Source: Felis catus
Lineage: Eukaryota
Assembly (NCBI RefSeq): GCF_018350175.1
Contig: NC_058368.1
Coordinates: 117,492,001-117,556,000, forward strand
Length of the DNA: 64,000 bases
Reading direction: 5' to 3'
Under the pieces are notes generated by a model, which searched no databases, was not told the origin of the DNA, and saw only the letters and a program-made list of their open reading frames with translations. Shown here piece after piece: positions 25,730 through 38,029 of the stretch; within the stretch, counting starts at the first letter, position 1; each line of letters opens with the position of its first letter. Made by a program: the position numbers and the translations under genes.

Positions 25730-26667
25730 GGGGTGCCTGGTTGGCTCAGTTGTTAAATGTCCGACTTTGGCTCAGGTCATGATGTCACAGTTCTTGAGTT
25801 TGAGCCCCACATTGGGCTCTGTGCTGACAGCTCAGAGCCTGGAGCCTGCTTCAGATTCTGTGTCTCCCCCTCCTTGCTCCTCCCCTGCTCCTACTCTGTC
25901 CCTGTCTCTCTCACTCAAAAATAAATAAACATTAAAAATTTTTTTGTTTTACGGGCGCCTGGGTGGCGCAGTCGGTTAAGCGTCCGACTTCAGCCAGGTC
26001 ACGATCTCGCGGTCTGTGGGTTCGAGCCCCGCGTCGGGTTCTGGGCTGATGGCTCAGAGCCTGGAGCCTGTTTCCGATTCTGTGTCTCCCTCTCTCTCTG
26101 TCCCTCCCCTGTTCATGCTCTGTCTCTCTGTCCCAAAAATAAATAAACGTTGAAAAAAAAATTTTTTTTTAAATAAAAAAAATTAGGGGCGCCTGGGTGG
26201 CGCAGTCGGTTAAGCGTCGGACTTCAGCCAGGTCACGATGTCGCGGTCCGTGAGTTCGAGCCCCGCGTCGGGCTCTGGGCTGATGGCTCAGAGCCTGGAC
26301 CTGTTTCCGATCCTGTGTCTCCCTCTCTCTCTGCCCCTCCCCCATTCATGCTCTGTCTCTCTGTCCCAAAAATAAATAAACGTTGAAAAAAAAATTTTTT
26401 TTTTTAATAAAAAAAATTAGGGGCGCCTGGGTGGCGCAGTCGGTTAAGCGTCCAACTTCAGCCAGGTCACGATCTCGCGGTCTGTGAGTTCGAGCCCCGC
26501 GTCAGGCTCTGGGCTGATGACTCAGAGCCTGGAGCCTGTTTCTGATTCTGTGTCTCCCTCTCTCTCTGCCCTTCCCCCGTTCATGCTCTGTCTCTCTCTG
26601 TCCCAAAAATAAATAAACGTTGAAAAAAAAATGAAAAAAAAAATTTTTTTTTAATTTTTTTGTTTTA
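25730..26667 (+). mobile_element. Four head-to-tail Can-SINEs (one older copy plus a SINEC_Fc trimer) inside a minus-strand MIR
   Basis: Heads at 25730, 25953, 26186, 26420; outer TSD AATAAACATTATCTTCT (25713-25729 / 26668-26684); inner TSD AATTTTTTTGTTTTA (25937-25951 / 26653-26667). Confidence 0.97.
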
Positions 26668-27559
26668 AATAAACATTATCTTCTTTCATTTCCCCAGTGT
26701 CCTGGAGAGGAGACTTATTGCTATCATCCCCATTTTACAGGTAAGGACACTGAAGCCCAAAAATATTAAGTTATCCAAGATCATACAGTCAAGAGGTGGT
26801 ACAGGCTAAATCTTCCTGAGTGCTTAAGTAGGGAGTCACTCGGCAGTCCCCAAGAAGAGATCACTGGAGCCCTCTTCCTAACCCCACACCAGGAAAAGCT
26901 TCCCTGGCCATGTAGTAAAGAGTTTTTGAGTCCCTAGAGGGAAGGTGTGTCAGCCCACCTTGGAATGCTCTAAGGGGTATAAGAGAAGCCAGCCCCTTAT
27001 GACACCACTTTTCCCACTTCTCTTTCAGAAGCTGGAGAAATCCGGGAAGTCTGGAGCACACATCCCCTCACCATCAGGGCAGAAGGTATGGTGCTGAATT
27101 TAATAGCAAAGTAAATTTGGCTTGAGAGGAAATGAAATTTCTTGGTCAAGGTGAGTGTGTCTGGGAGAGCCAAGAATGGGATGGAGTGGGGAGGAAGGGG
27201 GCAATTGGGGGGGGCTGCAAAATGGGGGAGTGCAGATCTAGAGTTATTAGAATGTTGATTATGTCCTCTTGATTGTTAATGAAATCCTTCACCTTGGATT
27301 TCTAGACCAGGGGGAAAGCTCCCAGAGCTCATTTTCCTGCTGATGAGAGCAAGAGAGAGGGCAGGAGGGGGCAGAAGACTCTCAGCTTAGGCAGAAATTA
27401 AATTCCACCTAAACAAATGGGACTGAACAAGCCTGGCCACTGCCATTTGGAGGCAGAGCCTTGGGCTCACCCAAGGTCCCTGGTGGAAATGGAAGGAGAC
27501 TTCTGGGTCGGGAGTGGCCCAGGGCCCCACTCAGGCAGCAGACTGCAGCTCCCAGAGTT

Positions 27560-27790
27560 ACAACAGCTAACATTATTGAGCACCTTTAATGCAGCCCAAG
27601 CCAAGGAATGTGCATGTATTGTCCCATCAAATTCTCCTAACAGCCCTTGGTGGTAGGTACTATGATTGTACCCATTTTGTAGATGAGGACACTGAGGCAC
27701 AGAAAGGACAGGATCTTGTCCAAGGTCCTGTAGATTGTAAACAGAGGCACCAGCCACCAGCCCAAGCAGTATGGCACCAATGCCTGTCTG
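27560..27790 (-). mobile_element. MIR
   Basis: ACAGCTAACATTATTGAGCACC...CCCATTTTGTAGATGAGGACACTGAGGCACAGAAAGG...CTTGTCCAAGGTC. Confidence 0.9.
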
Positions 27791-28009
27791 AGATCTGCAG
27801 GATATCCAGCTGTACCACTTCCTTCACCACGTTCCAGAGCCTCAGCTGCCCCATCTATAATATGGGGCCAATAACAGTTGTCACCATGTAGCACTGTTGT
27901 TAGGAGTCAGCAAAGTATAAAAAATTAAGTTAAGAACAACTCATCCCAGACATAGTATTCCCTTTGGAGCCTTGCTCCTTGTTCCAGACATGGGGAGGTG
28001 TCCTTTCCA

Positions 28010-29045
28010 GCAAACTGAGCACTTGTGATGTATAGGCACTGTTCTAGGCACGGGGGATGCTAACAGTGAACGAAATGGACAAGTCCCCACCCTGTGGAGC
28101 TGGGGACTTCAGAGAGGACAGGCAGACCACAAACAAAATAAGCACATGATAACCTATGGTAGAAATGGGAAATGCAAGAGTACCTGGGTGGCTCAGTCAG
28201 TTGAGCGTCCAACTCTTGATTTCAGCTCAGGTCATGACACCAGGGTTGTGAGATTGAGCCCCGCATCAGTCTCCATGCTGAGTGTGGAGCCTGCTTCAGA
28301 TTCTCTCTCTCTGTCCTTCTGCCCCTCCCACAGTGCATACCTCCCCCGCCCCACCCCACCCCCACCCCCACCCCCACCCCCGTCAAAAAAAAAAAAAAAT
28401 GGGAAATGCAATAAGACACAAGCAAGCAGCCAAGGGGGAGAGGGAGAGCTGGTGAGAAGACTGCAATGCAAATAGGATGGTCAGAGAAGGCCTCACAGAG
28501 AAGGTGACTTGGAGCAAAGACTCAAGGGAAGTGAAGCACGTATGAGAGGAAGAGCATATGGAGAGGGAACAGCAGGCACAGAGTACAGAGGCTCTGAGGT
28601 GGAACCATAGCTGGCAAGTTACAGGAAGAGCAAGCAGGCCAGAGTAAGTGCACTAGCAAAGGTAGAGCAGTAGGAATTAGAGTCACAAAGTAGTGGGAGA
28701 TTGTGTAGGGCCTTGTGGGCCTTTGTAAGAACTAGCTTTTATCTGAGTGAGACAAGAATCCACCAGAGGGTTTCAGGCATGACGTGATTTATGTTTTAAA
28801 GGTATCACTCTGACTGTGGTGTTGAGAATAGACTGTAGGGGGTCGAGGACAAAAGCAGAGACGAGAGGTAGGAGGCTCTTGCAGTAATCCAGGTGAGAGC
28901 AGCTGGTGGCTTAGTTCAGGGAGGTGGCAGTGGAAGTGGTGGGAAGAGGTCTGATTCTGGATTCTGATTCTGTTGCAGAGAGGTAAGCCAGCAGGAAGAG
29001 CCGAGGGGACCACATGTGGGGGATGTGAGAAAGATGGGAATCACA
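28010..29045 (-). mobile_element. L2 LINE (~0.8 kb) interrupted by a Can-SINE
   Basis: GGTCAGAGAAGGCCTCACAGAGAAGGTGACTTGGAGCAAAGAC...TTTTAAAGGTATCACTCTGACTGTGGTGTTGAGAATAGACTGTAGGGG...GCAGTAATCCAGGTGAGAG. Confidence 0.9.
28178..28396 (+). mobile_element. Can-SINE (older type) with expanded (CCCCCA)n tract
   Basis: TSD AAATGGGAAATGCAA on both sides; CTCTTGATTTCAGCTCAGG head of older subfamilies. Confidence 0.93.
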
Positions 29046-30192
29046 GATGACTCTGGGGTTTTGCCTTCTCCATCTCTCAGTTCCCTGAAGACGATCCCTC
29101 CCTTTAACATCCAACTCTATCCTCCCTGACCTCCTCCTGAGTCCCCTGAAACACCCTCAGCTCGTGGAGCTTTATTCACCATCCACTTCTTGCCACCCTT
29201 GTCTCCCTGCACTGCTTGGAAATTTGCCTTACAGAGCCCCAGGTTGAGGGCATAGAAGTTGACCCAGAGTATACATCTGCCTCATGCCTTCTAGGGCCCC
29301 CAAGTCCTTCCTCAGCTCAAGGGGTCCCATCGTGTCTGCTGTCCACCTGAGCAGCCCCTGAGGTCCCTGGCTCCCCCCAACTTTGGTGTTCCTTCTCTTG
29401 CTCCCTGGAACTGGTCCTGCTCCCTACCACACAGCTCTGTTCTTCCTAGTCACCCAGCTGCCTCCCAGGCTTCCCCTAGATCTCAGGTGGGCACCCCACC
29501 ACCACCCAGGAAGCTTGCCACTCTGGAGGGAGCCCCTTATTCTAGCCCTGATCTCTACCACAGGGGCAAGTTCATCTTGTGTGATTATTTGATGAAAGTC
29601 TGTCACCTCACCTGACTGTAACCTCCACAAGGGCAGGGGCCCACCTGTGTCCCCAGAAGCAGGAAATTCACTAAAAGAGACATTCAGTGGATTTGACATG
29701 GAGCCTTAGGCTTTTGGTAAATTAACTTTCATTGACCAAAATCTTCCAGCTGCTAGGTAAATGCCTGGCACATAGCAGGTGCTCGAGACATATTTATTAA
29801 GGGATGAATCAGTCAATGAGTCAGAGTTCGCCTGGAAGACTGTGGAATGTGACAAATTTTCTGAGCCTCAGTTTCCCCATATGTAATCACAGGAATGAGA
29901 ACACCTACTTCGGGAGTTGTGAGGATTAAAAAACAGGAGACATGAGCAGTGCCTCACACTAGTAGCTGCTCAATAATTGTCCGTCCGATGCATGTTCAGA
30001 CAATTACCACCTTACAACTCCCCCATGCTTCCTCTCCCCTCCCCCCATCCTGTCCGGTCCTCTCTTCCCCAGCCTCCTCCCCTCCCTAGGACTCTCAGGG
30101 GTGGAAGCACCACAGCCTCCAAACACTCCCCTTCTCCCCCAAGCTCCCCAGATTTGCCACTGGTTACATATTGATCCTGTTTAACTTTCCCA

Positions 30193-30515
30193 ATGGATGA
30201 TAAACACGAAATTAAAATGACTTCCTGGAATATTAATGTAGTAAATGGCCCTATTAAAAGAAAGAAAATACAGCTGAGAAAATTCGCTTTGATGTAGCGT
30301 TTCTGCAGGAGGCTCATTTATCTGCAGCTCAGACTCTCAAAATGAGATTCTGAAGGTTTCTCTGATGTCTCTTATTTTTCCCTCACCCAGAATTTAAACA
30401 GAAAATAGAATCACAAGCTGGTGTCATAAAAACGTGGGCCTTTTCCCTTCTCAACTAAAAAGCAAATGAAAACAGGGCCAGGTAGATGTCAGTCTCTGCA
30501 AACACTGGTCTGAGG
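30193..30515 (+). mobile_element. Decayed LINE-1-clade ORF2 endonuclease (APE) N-terminus
   Basis: ATG at 30193: MDDKHEIKMTSWNINVVNGPIKRKKIQLRK, frameshift, FDVAFLQEAHL, then HKNVG / FPF...K..PGR; matches the order and spacing of L1 endonuclease motifs. Confidence 0.75.
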
Positions 30516-30711
30516 ATGACACCTGCCTTTCCAGATTTCTCCTGCATCTTGCCCACAAGAGGCCGGTCCAGGCTGCCAGGCTAACTTCTGAGGGTCATTG
30601 GGGTACTCAGAGGTCTGCACGCTGCTGCTGCTGCTGCTGAAATCAGGAAAGGGGATTGAGAACCGCAGGAGGCTGTGTCCCAGTGTGGGCAGATACTCAC
30701 ATTTTGGTGGA

Positions 30712-30900
30712 CTTGAAATCTTGGCTCTGTCACTTAGTAGCTATTTGTTCTTGGACACCTTTCTGAGTCTCTGTTTCCTCATCTAACAGATGTACTAACA
30801 GTCTAGTACCTAACTCACAGGGAAGTTGTAAAGGTTGACTGAGATAATGTATCTGGCATGTGGTAAGTTGCTCAGGGTTGCGCTTGTCTGTTACTGTTAT
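30712..30900 (+). mobile_element. MIR
   Basis: TTGAAATCTTGGCTCTGTCACTTAGTAGCTA...CTCTGTTTCCTCATCT...AGTACCTAACTCACAGGG. Confidence 0.85.
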
Positions 30901-30901
30901 T

Positions 30902-31089
30902 TTTTTTCTTTTTTTTTTTAATGTTTGTTTATTTTTGAGAGAGAGAGTGCAGGGGAGGGCCAGAGAGAGGGAGACAGAGGATCTGAGTCAGCACAGAGCC
31001 CAATGTGGGGATCGAATAACTCATGAGCCGTGAGATCATTACCCGAGTCGAAGTTGGGAGCTTAACCGATTGAGCCACCCAGGCGCCCC
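30902..31089 (-). mobile_element. Can-SINE in the MIR tail
   Basis: T tail and GAGCCACCCAGGCGCCCC end; TSD TGTCTGTTACT(G/A)TTATT. Confidence 0.95.
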
Positions 31090-34000
31090 TGTCTGTTACT
31101 ATTATTAAAAATAATAATTTGTGTTATTTTTGCAACCAGTCATTCAGGCCCAGGCTGAGATGCCACCTCTAAGAAGTTCTTCCTCAGCTGGGTCATGTGT
31201 TTCCTTTGAGTGGCCACAGCTCTGAGCTCCCCCCATCCCAGCACTGGTTACTCCCCTGTCTTTCCCAGCAGCCTGCACCTCCACGAGGGCTGGCCTGGGT
31301 CTTGCTCATGATTATGTCCCAGGGGCATGTGGTAGAACCTCAGTGTTTTGGATTCAGAGCCAAGGTGCTGGTAGCTGATGTCCCTGGGCCAGCTGGTATG
31401 GTCTGCAGATTTGTCTCATGGGCACAGGGTCCTTCCATGCAGCCCTCAGAACTCAAAGCTCCCAGGTTGGAGATGGCTGTCCATCCATCTCCCCCAGATC
31501 TGGACTCCCTTGTCTACACCTTCCCTGGGTTTCATCTGGACTCTCAGGAGCCCCCTCCCTCCTCCCTGGCCTCAGGTAGGTGGCAAACAGAGCAGCTCAA
31601 ACCAAGGCTTCTAGGATTAACTCTTTCCTCCCTTCTCCCTTCTCCCATCGGTCCCCTCCTCCCCCCACCTGTCTCTTCTCCTCAGCAACTTGTGTTGAGA
31701 GCCTTCATCTCTTTTACTTGGATTTGGCCCTTTGGGCAGGTGGAGGGGGCTGCATGCCCTCTGCCTGGGTTGAGCTTCCTGGGATGCCCTTGGATGAGCA
31801 TAGGGTGGACCCAAGACTTCCCTAATTGGCAAAAGCCATAGCTCTGCCCCCCCCCCCCACACACACACCCCGGCACCTGACTCTTTTGGTCCTTCCTGCT
31901 GCCAGACAGATTCAGGACCCCTATGCTGAAAACAAGAGAGTAGCCCCACCCTCCTAGGCAGCCAGAGCCCTGGCACAGTGCTTTTGAACCATTCCCATTC
32001 TAGACCCAGTGCACACACTCACACACATGTAGTTACACGACCAGCACTGATACTCAGTCACACGATCCCTGTTGTCCACAGCAACAGGAGTGAAGAAAGA
32101 AAAGGAACCCCTGTGGATGAGGGGAGGAGGAGTTGGGGGGGGCTGGGGTCTGTGAAAGATTAACTTGCCTGCTGGGGGCACTGTCTTCCCCAGACCCCTC
32201 CCCAGCGAGCCCAAGGCCCCCCAGCAGGAAAATGAGAGGATGGAGCAGAGGGGTTAATTTGGAGAAAAGCAGCAGCTGCTTGAAACAGTGAGGGCGGGCC
32301 CCAGGGCAAGAGCTGCTCCTGCTGAGATAATGATTGTGAGGGATGCTGGGGTGGGGGCCACCCGCACACCACCCCCCAAGCCAGCACACCCCCGAAAGCC
32401 CTCCTGTTCAGGCAAGTTATCTGTTTGGGCATGCACGCACGCACGCATGTGCACACACACATACACACAGAAGCACCATAACCATCTGGGCCTAAGACAC
32501 AGTCCCTTACACACAATTATACAAGCCCTGGCTCTCTGGGTTTGAGTATAAACCCATTCGGAGACACAAGCTGCAGGCAGCCTTGGCACTCAGCAGCCTG
32601 TAACACACACATGCACGCACACAAACACACCTACACTTCACCTTTCCAGTGTCCTTGTATCAGGTCTGACAGTATGCCAGGGTGAACCCAATCACTGTAC
32701 AAGGACAGGGGATGCCTCCCTGTGAGAGTAAGCAGAGAGTTGGGGACCAGGGAGAGGAGGGGCTGGGCCCTCCTACCAGCACTCAAGGGACTGGCCAAGG
32801 CCAGGTCTCTAGATCTTCTTGGGTCTCCTTCCTCTTGGAGGCTAAACATTGTCTCATATCAAACACAAGAAAGCACAGCCAGATCCCATGTTACATATCA
32901 TTTCTATATAACCATATGATCTGAGCAGCTTTGCAGTTGGCACACTGTTATATTTCGTAGATGTATAATTAAGCATTTATTACATGTGATTTCTTTGTGT
33001 GGATTCTCTTCATATTTGAGGTCATTGATGTCATTGATACTTTTCAGCAGAACCCTCAAAAGCCTCTCGGGTCCTGGGTCTTGAGCCTCTGGTGTGTGAT
33101 GGGAAACAGGGCCCTGGTGAAGGGACAGTGGGCATGGAGTGGGGGGACGCCCACCCCCTCTTGTGATAGCTAGCATAGATAGACCAGGGACTCGTGGGCA
33201 GGAGACCCCCTTAGTCCAGGGCCCAGCTTGATTATCACCGGTTCCTATTTGTTAGAGCCCGAGAGAGAGCGCTAGGTAAGGACTTTGGAGCTGGCAGCCT
33301 CCACACTGAGGCTCACACCCTGAGGCACCACACTTTACTAACCTGCAAACTCCAGCTGCAGACTGTGCCTGGACAGCTGTGTGCAGGCACCAAGACAAAC
33401 ACTTAGATATGGGTCCTAAGATATACTCTTTAGCAGATGTACCTCTCACCACTTGGACGCATACCCCAATGGATATATGTTACCCCAATTCCTAGGTACA
33501 CACGTGCACAGAGACTCTGACTCAGGCAGATTCATTCCAGATCCACCCCACACACACACACAAACATAGAGACTTACTTGGAGTGGAACAGAAGTACTCC
33601 CTGAGCAAGGCCACCTGTGGACATGCCAGTCTGACACTTGAGTCCATTCGGTGAAATACCCAGGCAAATAATTAGAGATACCCACATTTGCCCATCCTTC
33701 CTCCCCCTTTTTCTCACAACCACCCATACATGCTCCCTGTCCTGTCATGGGGAGACAGAGCATCCCAGCCCCACAGAGCCCAAGGGGACTGATTAACAGG
33801 AAATTCTACGAATGCCAATTAGAGCAAACTTTACTGAACAAATTGTTTGCAGTTGTGCCCCGGAACCATCATGAATTTTAATCTTGCATTGATTTACACT
33901 GATGGGAGGTTTACAGATGCCAGGGCCTTGTGTGCCTCCTACTCCCTACCCCCCCCCCCCCCCCCACCGCCCCATCTGGGAGGAGTCATCGGGCCTTAGA

Positions 34001-34384
34001 CTCAGGAGCCTTAGGGGCAGCCTCCAGCTTCTGCTGGTCCAGAGATACCAGCCTGGAGCCAGTACCCCCACCCTTGCCTGGAGAGACCCAAGATGCCCAG
34101 AAAATGGGCAGGTATTTTGGAAATGCACAGGCTAAACATATGTGGTATGGATGAAGAGGACCCTAAATTTTTAAGGACCCCTATAATCTGGGAAGGGGCT
34201 GGGGTTTCTGGAGTTTCTGAGGCTGGACACGAAAGCAAGGACATAGATATGGATATAGACACAGAAGTAGCAGAGACACAGAGATAGGCACAGATGTTGT
34301 AATAGTTCCAGTATTATCTCAACTAACATAACTTCCAATATGTATATAACTTCAGTCCAAATGACCTCTTCCTAAAGGAATTTC

Positions 34385-34825
34385 ATTGTGTCCTACCCTA
34401 CCTTCCACTAAACCCTCCCAAGGTGTCCCATTGCTTAAAAAAAAAAAAAAAAAAAATCCTTGGCTGAGCTGCACCTCCCACACTTGCCCCTTAGTTACCC
34501 AGACACCCACAGCCCGCTTATAGGGACCAGAGTTCCCTCCCAGCCTCAGGGCCTTTGCATATTCCATTCCTTTGTCTGGAGGAGTTTAAGTACTTAACTT
34601 CTATTCATCTTTCTGATCTCAGTTTAAGTGTCACTTCCTCAAGGAAGCTTCTTTGACCCTCTGTCCAGATCAACTCTCCTTACCTCCCTGCCATTAAATG
34701 CTCTCATGGCCCTTTCATCATTAGAGTATAAACTCCATGCAGACAGGGACTATATCTGGTTTTGCTTACTACTGTATCTCCTGTACCTAACACAGGGCCT
34801 GCCCTAGTCTGTATTAATGAACTTT
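34385..34825 (+). mobile_element. L2 LINE 3' portion
   Basis: CCTCAGGGCCTTTGCATATTCCATTCC...TCTCAGTTTAAGTGTCACTTCCTCAAGGAAGC...AAACTCCATGCAGACAGGGAC. Confidence 0.85.
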
Positions 34826-34831
34826 TGTCAT

Positions 34832-35235
34832 AATAATGTTGTACAATAAACCACTACAAAAATCAGGGTCATACAACAGTATTTTTTGCTGGCTGACTGG
34901 ATTTTGGTTGATCTTGACTAGGCTCAGGTGGGCTTGGTTTTATATTGAGGGGCACCTGGCTGGCACTTCTTGAACTCAGGGTTGTAAGTTCAAGCCCCAT
35001 GTTGGGTGGAGAGATTACTTAAAATCTTAAAAAAACAAACAACTGTGGATTGAGTACAAACCCGTCTCATATTTCTCTAACCATTGTTGGACCAGCAACT
35101 CCTTCAGGGATGTTCTTCTGCAAGAGGCAGAAACGCAAGAGAGCTTGGCTAGGCACACTAGCACCCTCTTGGCCAAAGCAAGACCACGGCAAGGGTATGG
35201 ATATGGTAGGGGGCCAGTTAAAACTACCACATCCT
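34832..35235 (-). mobile_element. MLT1-like (MaLR) LTR relic containing a short internally deleted old Can-SINE (~34948-35040)
   Basis: GTACAATAAACCACTACAAAAATCAGGG...TTGGCCAAAGCAAGACCACGGC resemble MLT1; SINE GGGGCACCTGGCTGG...TTCAAGCCCCATGTTGGGTGGAGAGATTACTTAAAA. Confidence 0.55.
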
Positions 35236-35389
35236 CAGTAAATATGGTGGTGTGGAACTGAGTGCTTGTTCTGTGACACGTACTTTACATGTATTAATTT
35301 ATTTAATCCTTGAGTCAACCCTGTAAATCTGATTAACCCCATTAAAAAAGCCTCTAATTGAAAAAACAGAACCTGCACAAAGTAAACAA

Positions 35390-35660
35390 TTCAAATAGTA
35401 CCAGTTTTATTCAATGAAAAGTAACTGTTCTTGCTACTCCTATCCCTTGCCCTACTCCCCAGAGGTGAAACACACTTTCTGTTATTTTGTGGGCTTTCCA
35501 ATATAGTCGACGCATATACAGGCACACACGTATATGAGTATCCCTTCCTAAAGATTTGCCTTGTTCTGCATCTTGGTTTCTTCTGTTCTGCACTTTAGTT
35601 TTCAATTAAATAATATATCTTGGAACTCCTTCAACGGTTGATTTGATCTACATTATTTTT
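35390..35660 (-). mobile_element. Old mammalian L1 (L1M-type) 3' fragment nested in a MIR (~35250-35810)
   Basis: CTCCCCAGAGGTGAAACAC...TGTTCTGCACTTTAGTTTTCAATTAAATAATATATCTTGGAA; MIR halves on either side. Confidence 0.6.
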
Positions 35661-36720
35661 TATTTATGTCCATTTTACAGATAAGGAAACTGAGGCTTAG
35701 GTGAATGAAGAAATTTGCACAAGGTATTACAGCATGACAGAGGCAGGGCTGGGACGGAAATTTAAGCCTGCCTGACTTCAGAGCCTGTGCTCATAGCTGC
35801 TCTGTTCTACTCATATGGCTGGGGGAACCCACAAAGTCCTCCACATGAGGAGGGTAAACCCAGAAAAATCTCTGGGCTCTAGCTGGGGGCATTCTCAGGG
35901 ACCAGGATGGCAGTGGGGGCCCTAATGGTGCTGGGCCTCCCCAGAGTCAGCCAGGGAACCTACTAGCACTGGGGCTGACGAGTTGGGCCCTGGGCCTCAG
36001 TATTCCCCTCAGACCACTCACCTTTCTTGGTACCCCAGCACTAGCCTCATCTTCCCCTTTGTTCCTCTGTACAGGAGGAAAATGCCTTAGGCGGGAAGAT
36101 AGGGGGCCTGGGACCATTCTTTACTCTGCCTCTAACTTTGTGCCTTTGGGCAAGCTTCTTGCCCCTCTCTGTGAAAATAGGCAGCCCTCCCACCTTCTCC
36201 TTGCAGAGGGAAGCAGGGAGACCCTACTGAAACCCAGGTCAGGATGTGGCAGGCTGAATGGAGCCTGGGTGTGGTACAGACTCCCAGTCTTGGTCAGGGG
36301 CTCTGATCCTTGTTCCTGGGCTGGGTTCTTCCCATTACACCCACAGGGACACCTCAGAATCCAGTCGCTTTCTACGGAGCTAGTCTCTGGTATAATACAT
36401 AACCTTGAGCAAACCTGCCACATTTCACTCCCCTGACACTTCTATGTAGATACTATCCCCGATGTATACCAAAAACAGGCTCAAAGAGGTTTAAGTGACT
36501 TACTCAGGAGCAGCAAGTAGAGAAGCAAAACACTTGACTTTTCCAAGCCTCAGTTTCTTCTTCTGTAAAGTGGGTGCAGTAATACCCATCTCTCACAGTT
36601 GTAGTGAGGATTAAACAAATGTAAGCCAACTAAATTGGCAGAACCTCAGACACAGTAGGTACTCAGAAGTGTGACTTTGCCCTCTTGAAGATGGAGACTG
36701 CACTAGAATAGTACATCAGA

Positions 36721-36847
36721 GGGCACTTGGGTGGCTCAGCTGCTGAAGCATCCAACTTCCGCTCAGGTCACAATCTCACAGTTCCTGAGTTTGAGCCCCA
36801 TGTCGGGCTCTGTACTGACAACTCAGAGCCTGGAGCCTACCTCTGAT

Positions 36848-36898
<51 letters not shown>

Positions 36899-37180
36899 GC
36901 CCCTCCCCCACTCGCACTGTGTCTTTGTCTCTCAAAAATGAACAAACATTTTTTAAAAATTTAAAAGGAGGGGCGCCTGGGTGGCTTAGTCGGTTGAGCA
37001 TCCGACTTCAGCTCAGATTGTGATCTTGTGGTTCATGAGTTCAAGCCCCACATCAGGCTTGACAGCTCAGAGTCTGGAGCCTGCTTTGGATTCTGTGTGT
37101 GTGTCTCTCTCTTCCCCTCCCCTACTCATACTCTGTCTCTATCAAAAATAAATAAAATATTTTTTAAAAATTTAAAAGGA
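36721..37180 (+). mobile_element. Can-SINE dimer; first copy has a (CTGT)n(CT)n expansion
   Basis: Heads at 36721 and 36970; inner TSD TTTTAAAAATTTAAAAGGA. Confidence 0.95.
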
Positions 37181-37744
37181 AAAACAGTACGTTGAGTCAC
37201 TTGGGCTGTTTTACAAAGGATGGGTGCTGGGTCCTGCCCTCAGGGACTCTGATTTAAGTAGTCTGAGATACACCTGGGGTACCAGGATTCTTAAAACTCC
37301 CCAGGTGAGAGAACCTTAAGGTCCACTATATTCTAGATTCTAAATGGGCAGAGGATGGACATTGAGGGAGGCCCTCTACCTTGGTAGCTCCTGAAATAGC
37401 CTGCCCACTGGTCTTGCTCCTTGCACTCTCGTCCCCCTCCCGAATCCATTCACTCAATCCTCCCGAATCCAATCACTCAGCTGCCAGAGCGGTCATTAAA
37501 AACTTCAATTAGATCACTTTCCTTCAGTAACTTCCCATTCATGGCCCAGTCTCTGCTGACTGTGTCAGTGGGTCTACTTAGAGCCCTCCCTCCCCAACCT
37601 GCCCCTGGCCAATTTCCACTCAGCCTTTGCATCTTATCTGAACCAGCATTCCCACTAAGAGGCTTCCCTGGCCAGCCATCAAGAGTTGGCCTCCTTAGTT
37701 TCGCTCTTCCAGATATTGTTAAATGCATGATGGAATGAAGAAGA

Positions 37745-37946
37745 CACTTTTCACATCATTTCTTTATTTTGTGTGTTCATCTATTTAAAGTCTGTCTCCC
37801 TCACTGGACTCTAAATTCTGTGAGGACAGTCTATTTTTGTTCACTGCTATACTCCAGTGCCTTGCATAGGGTCTGGCCCAGAGTTGGTGCTTAATAAGTA
37901 TTTATTGGATGAATGGATGAATGGATGGATGGATGGATGGATGGAT
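37745..37946 (+). mobile_element. L2 3' end whose tail has become a (GGAT)n microsatellite
   Basis: GTCTGTCTCCCTCACTGGACTCTAAATTCTGTGAGGACAG...GTGCTTAATAAGTATTTATTGGATGAATGGATGAATGGATGGATGG. Confidence 0.85.
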
Positions 37947-38029
37947 ACTAGGTACCAGCTCCACAGTGTCTTAGAGGGCTGGGTGTTTTCGTATTTCTTA
38001 ATTATATAAAAAATATTTGTCAGAGGCGG

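Noticed and set aside
27079..27099. REST/RE1-like TTCAGCACCA on the minus strand
   Set aside because: Left half-site only; the GGACAG half is missing.
31197..31841. 214-aa ORF
   Set aside because: GTG start, compositionally biased, no domain and no convincing splice context.
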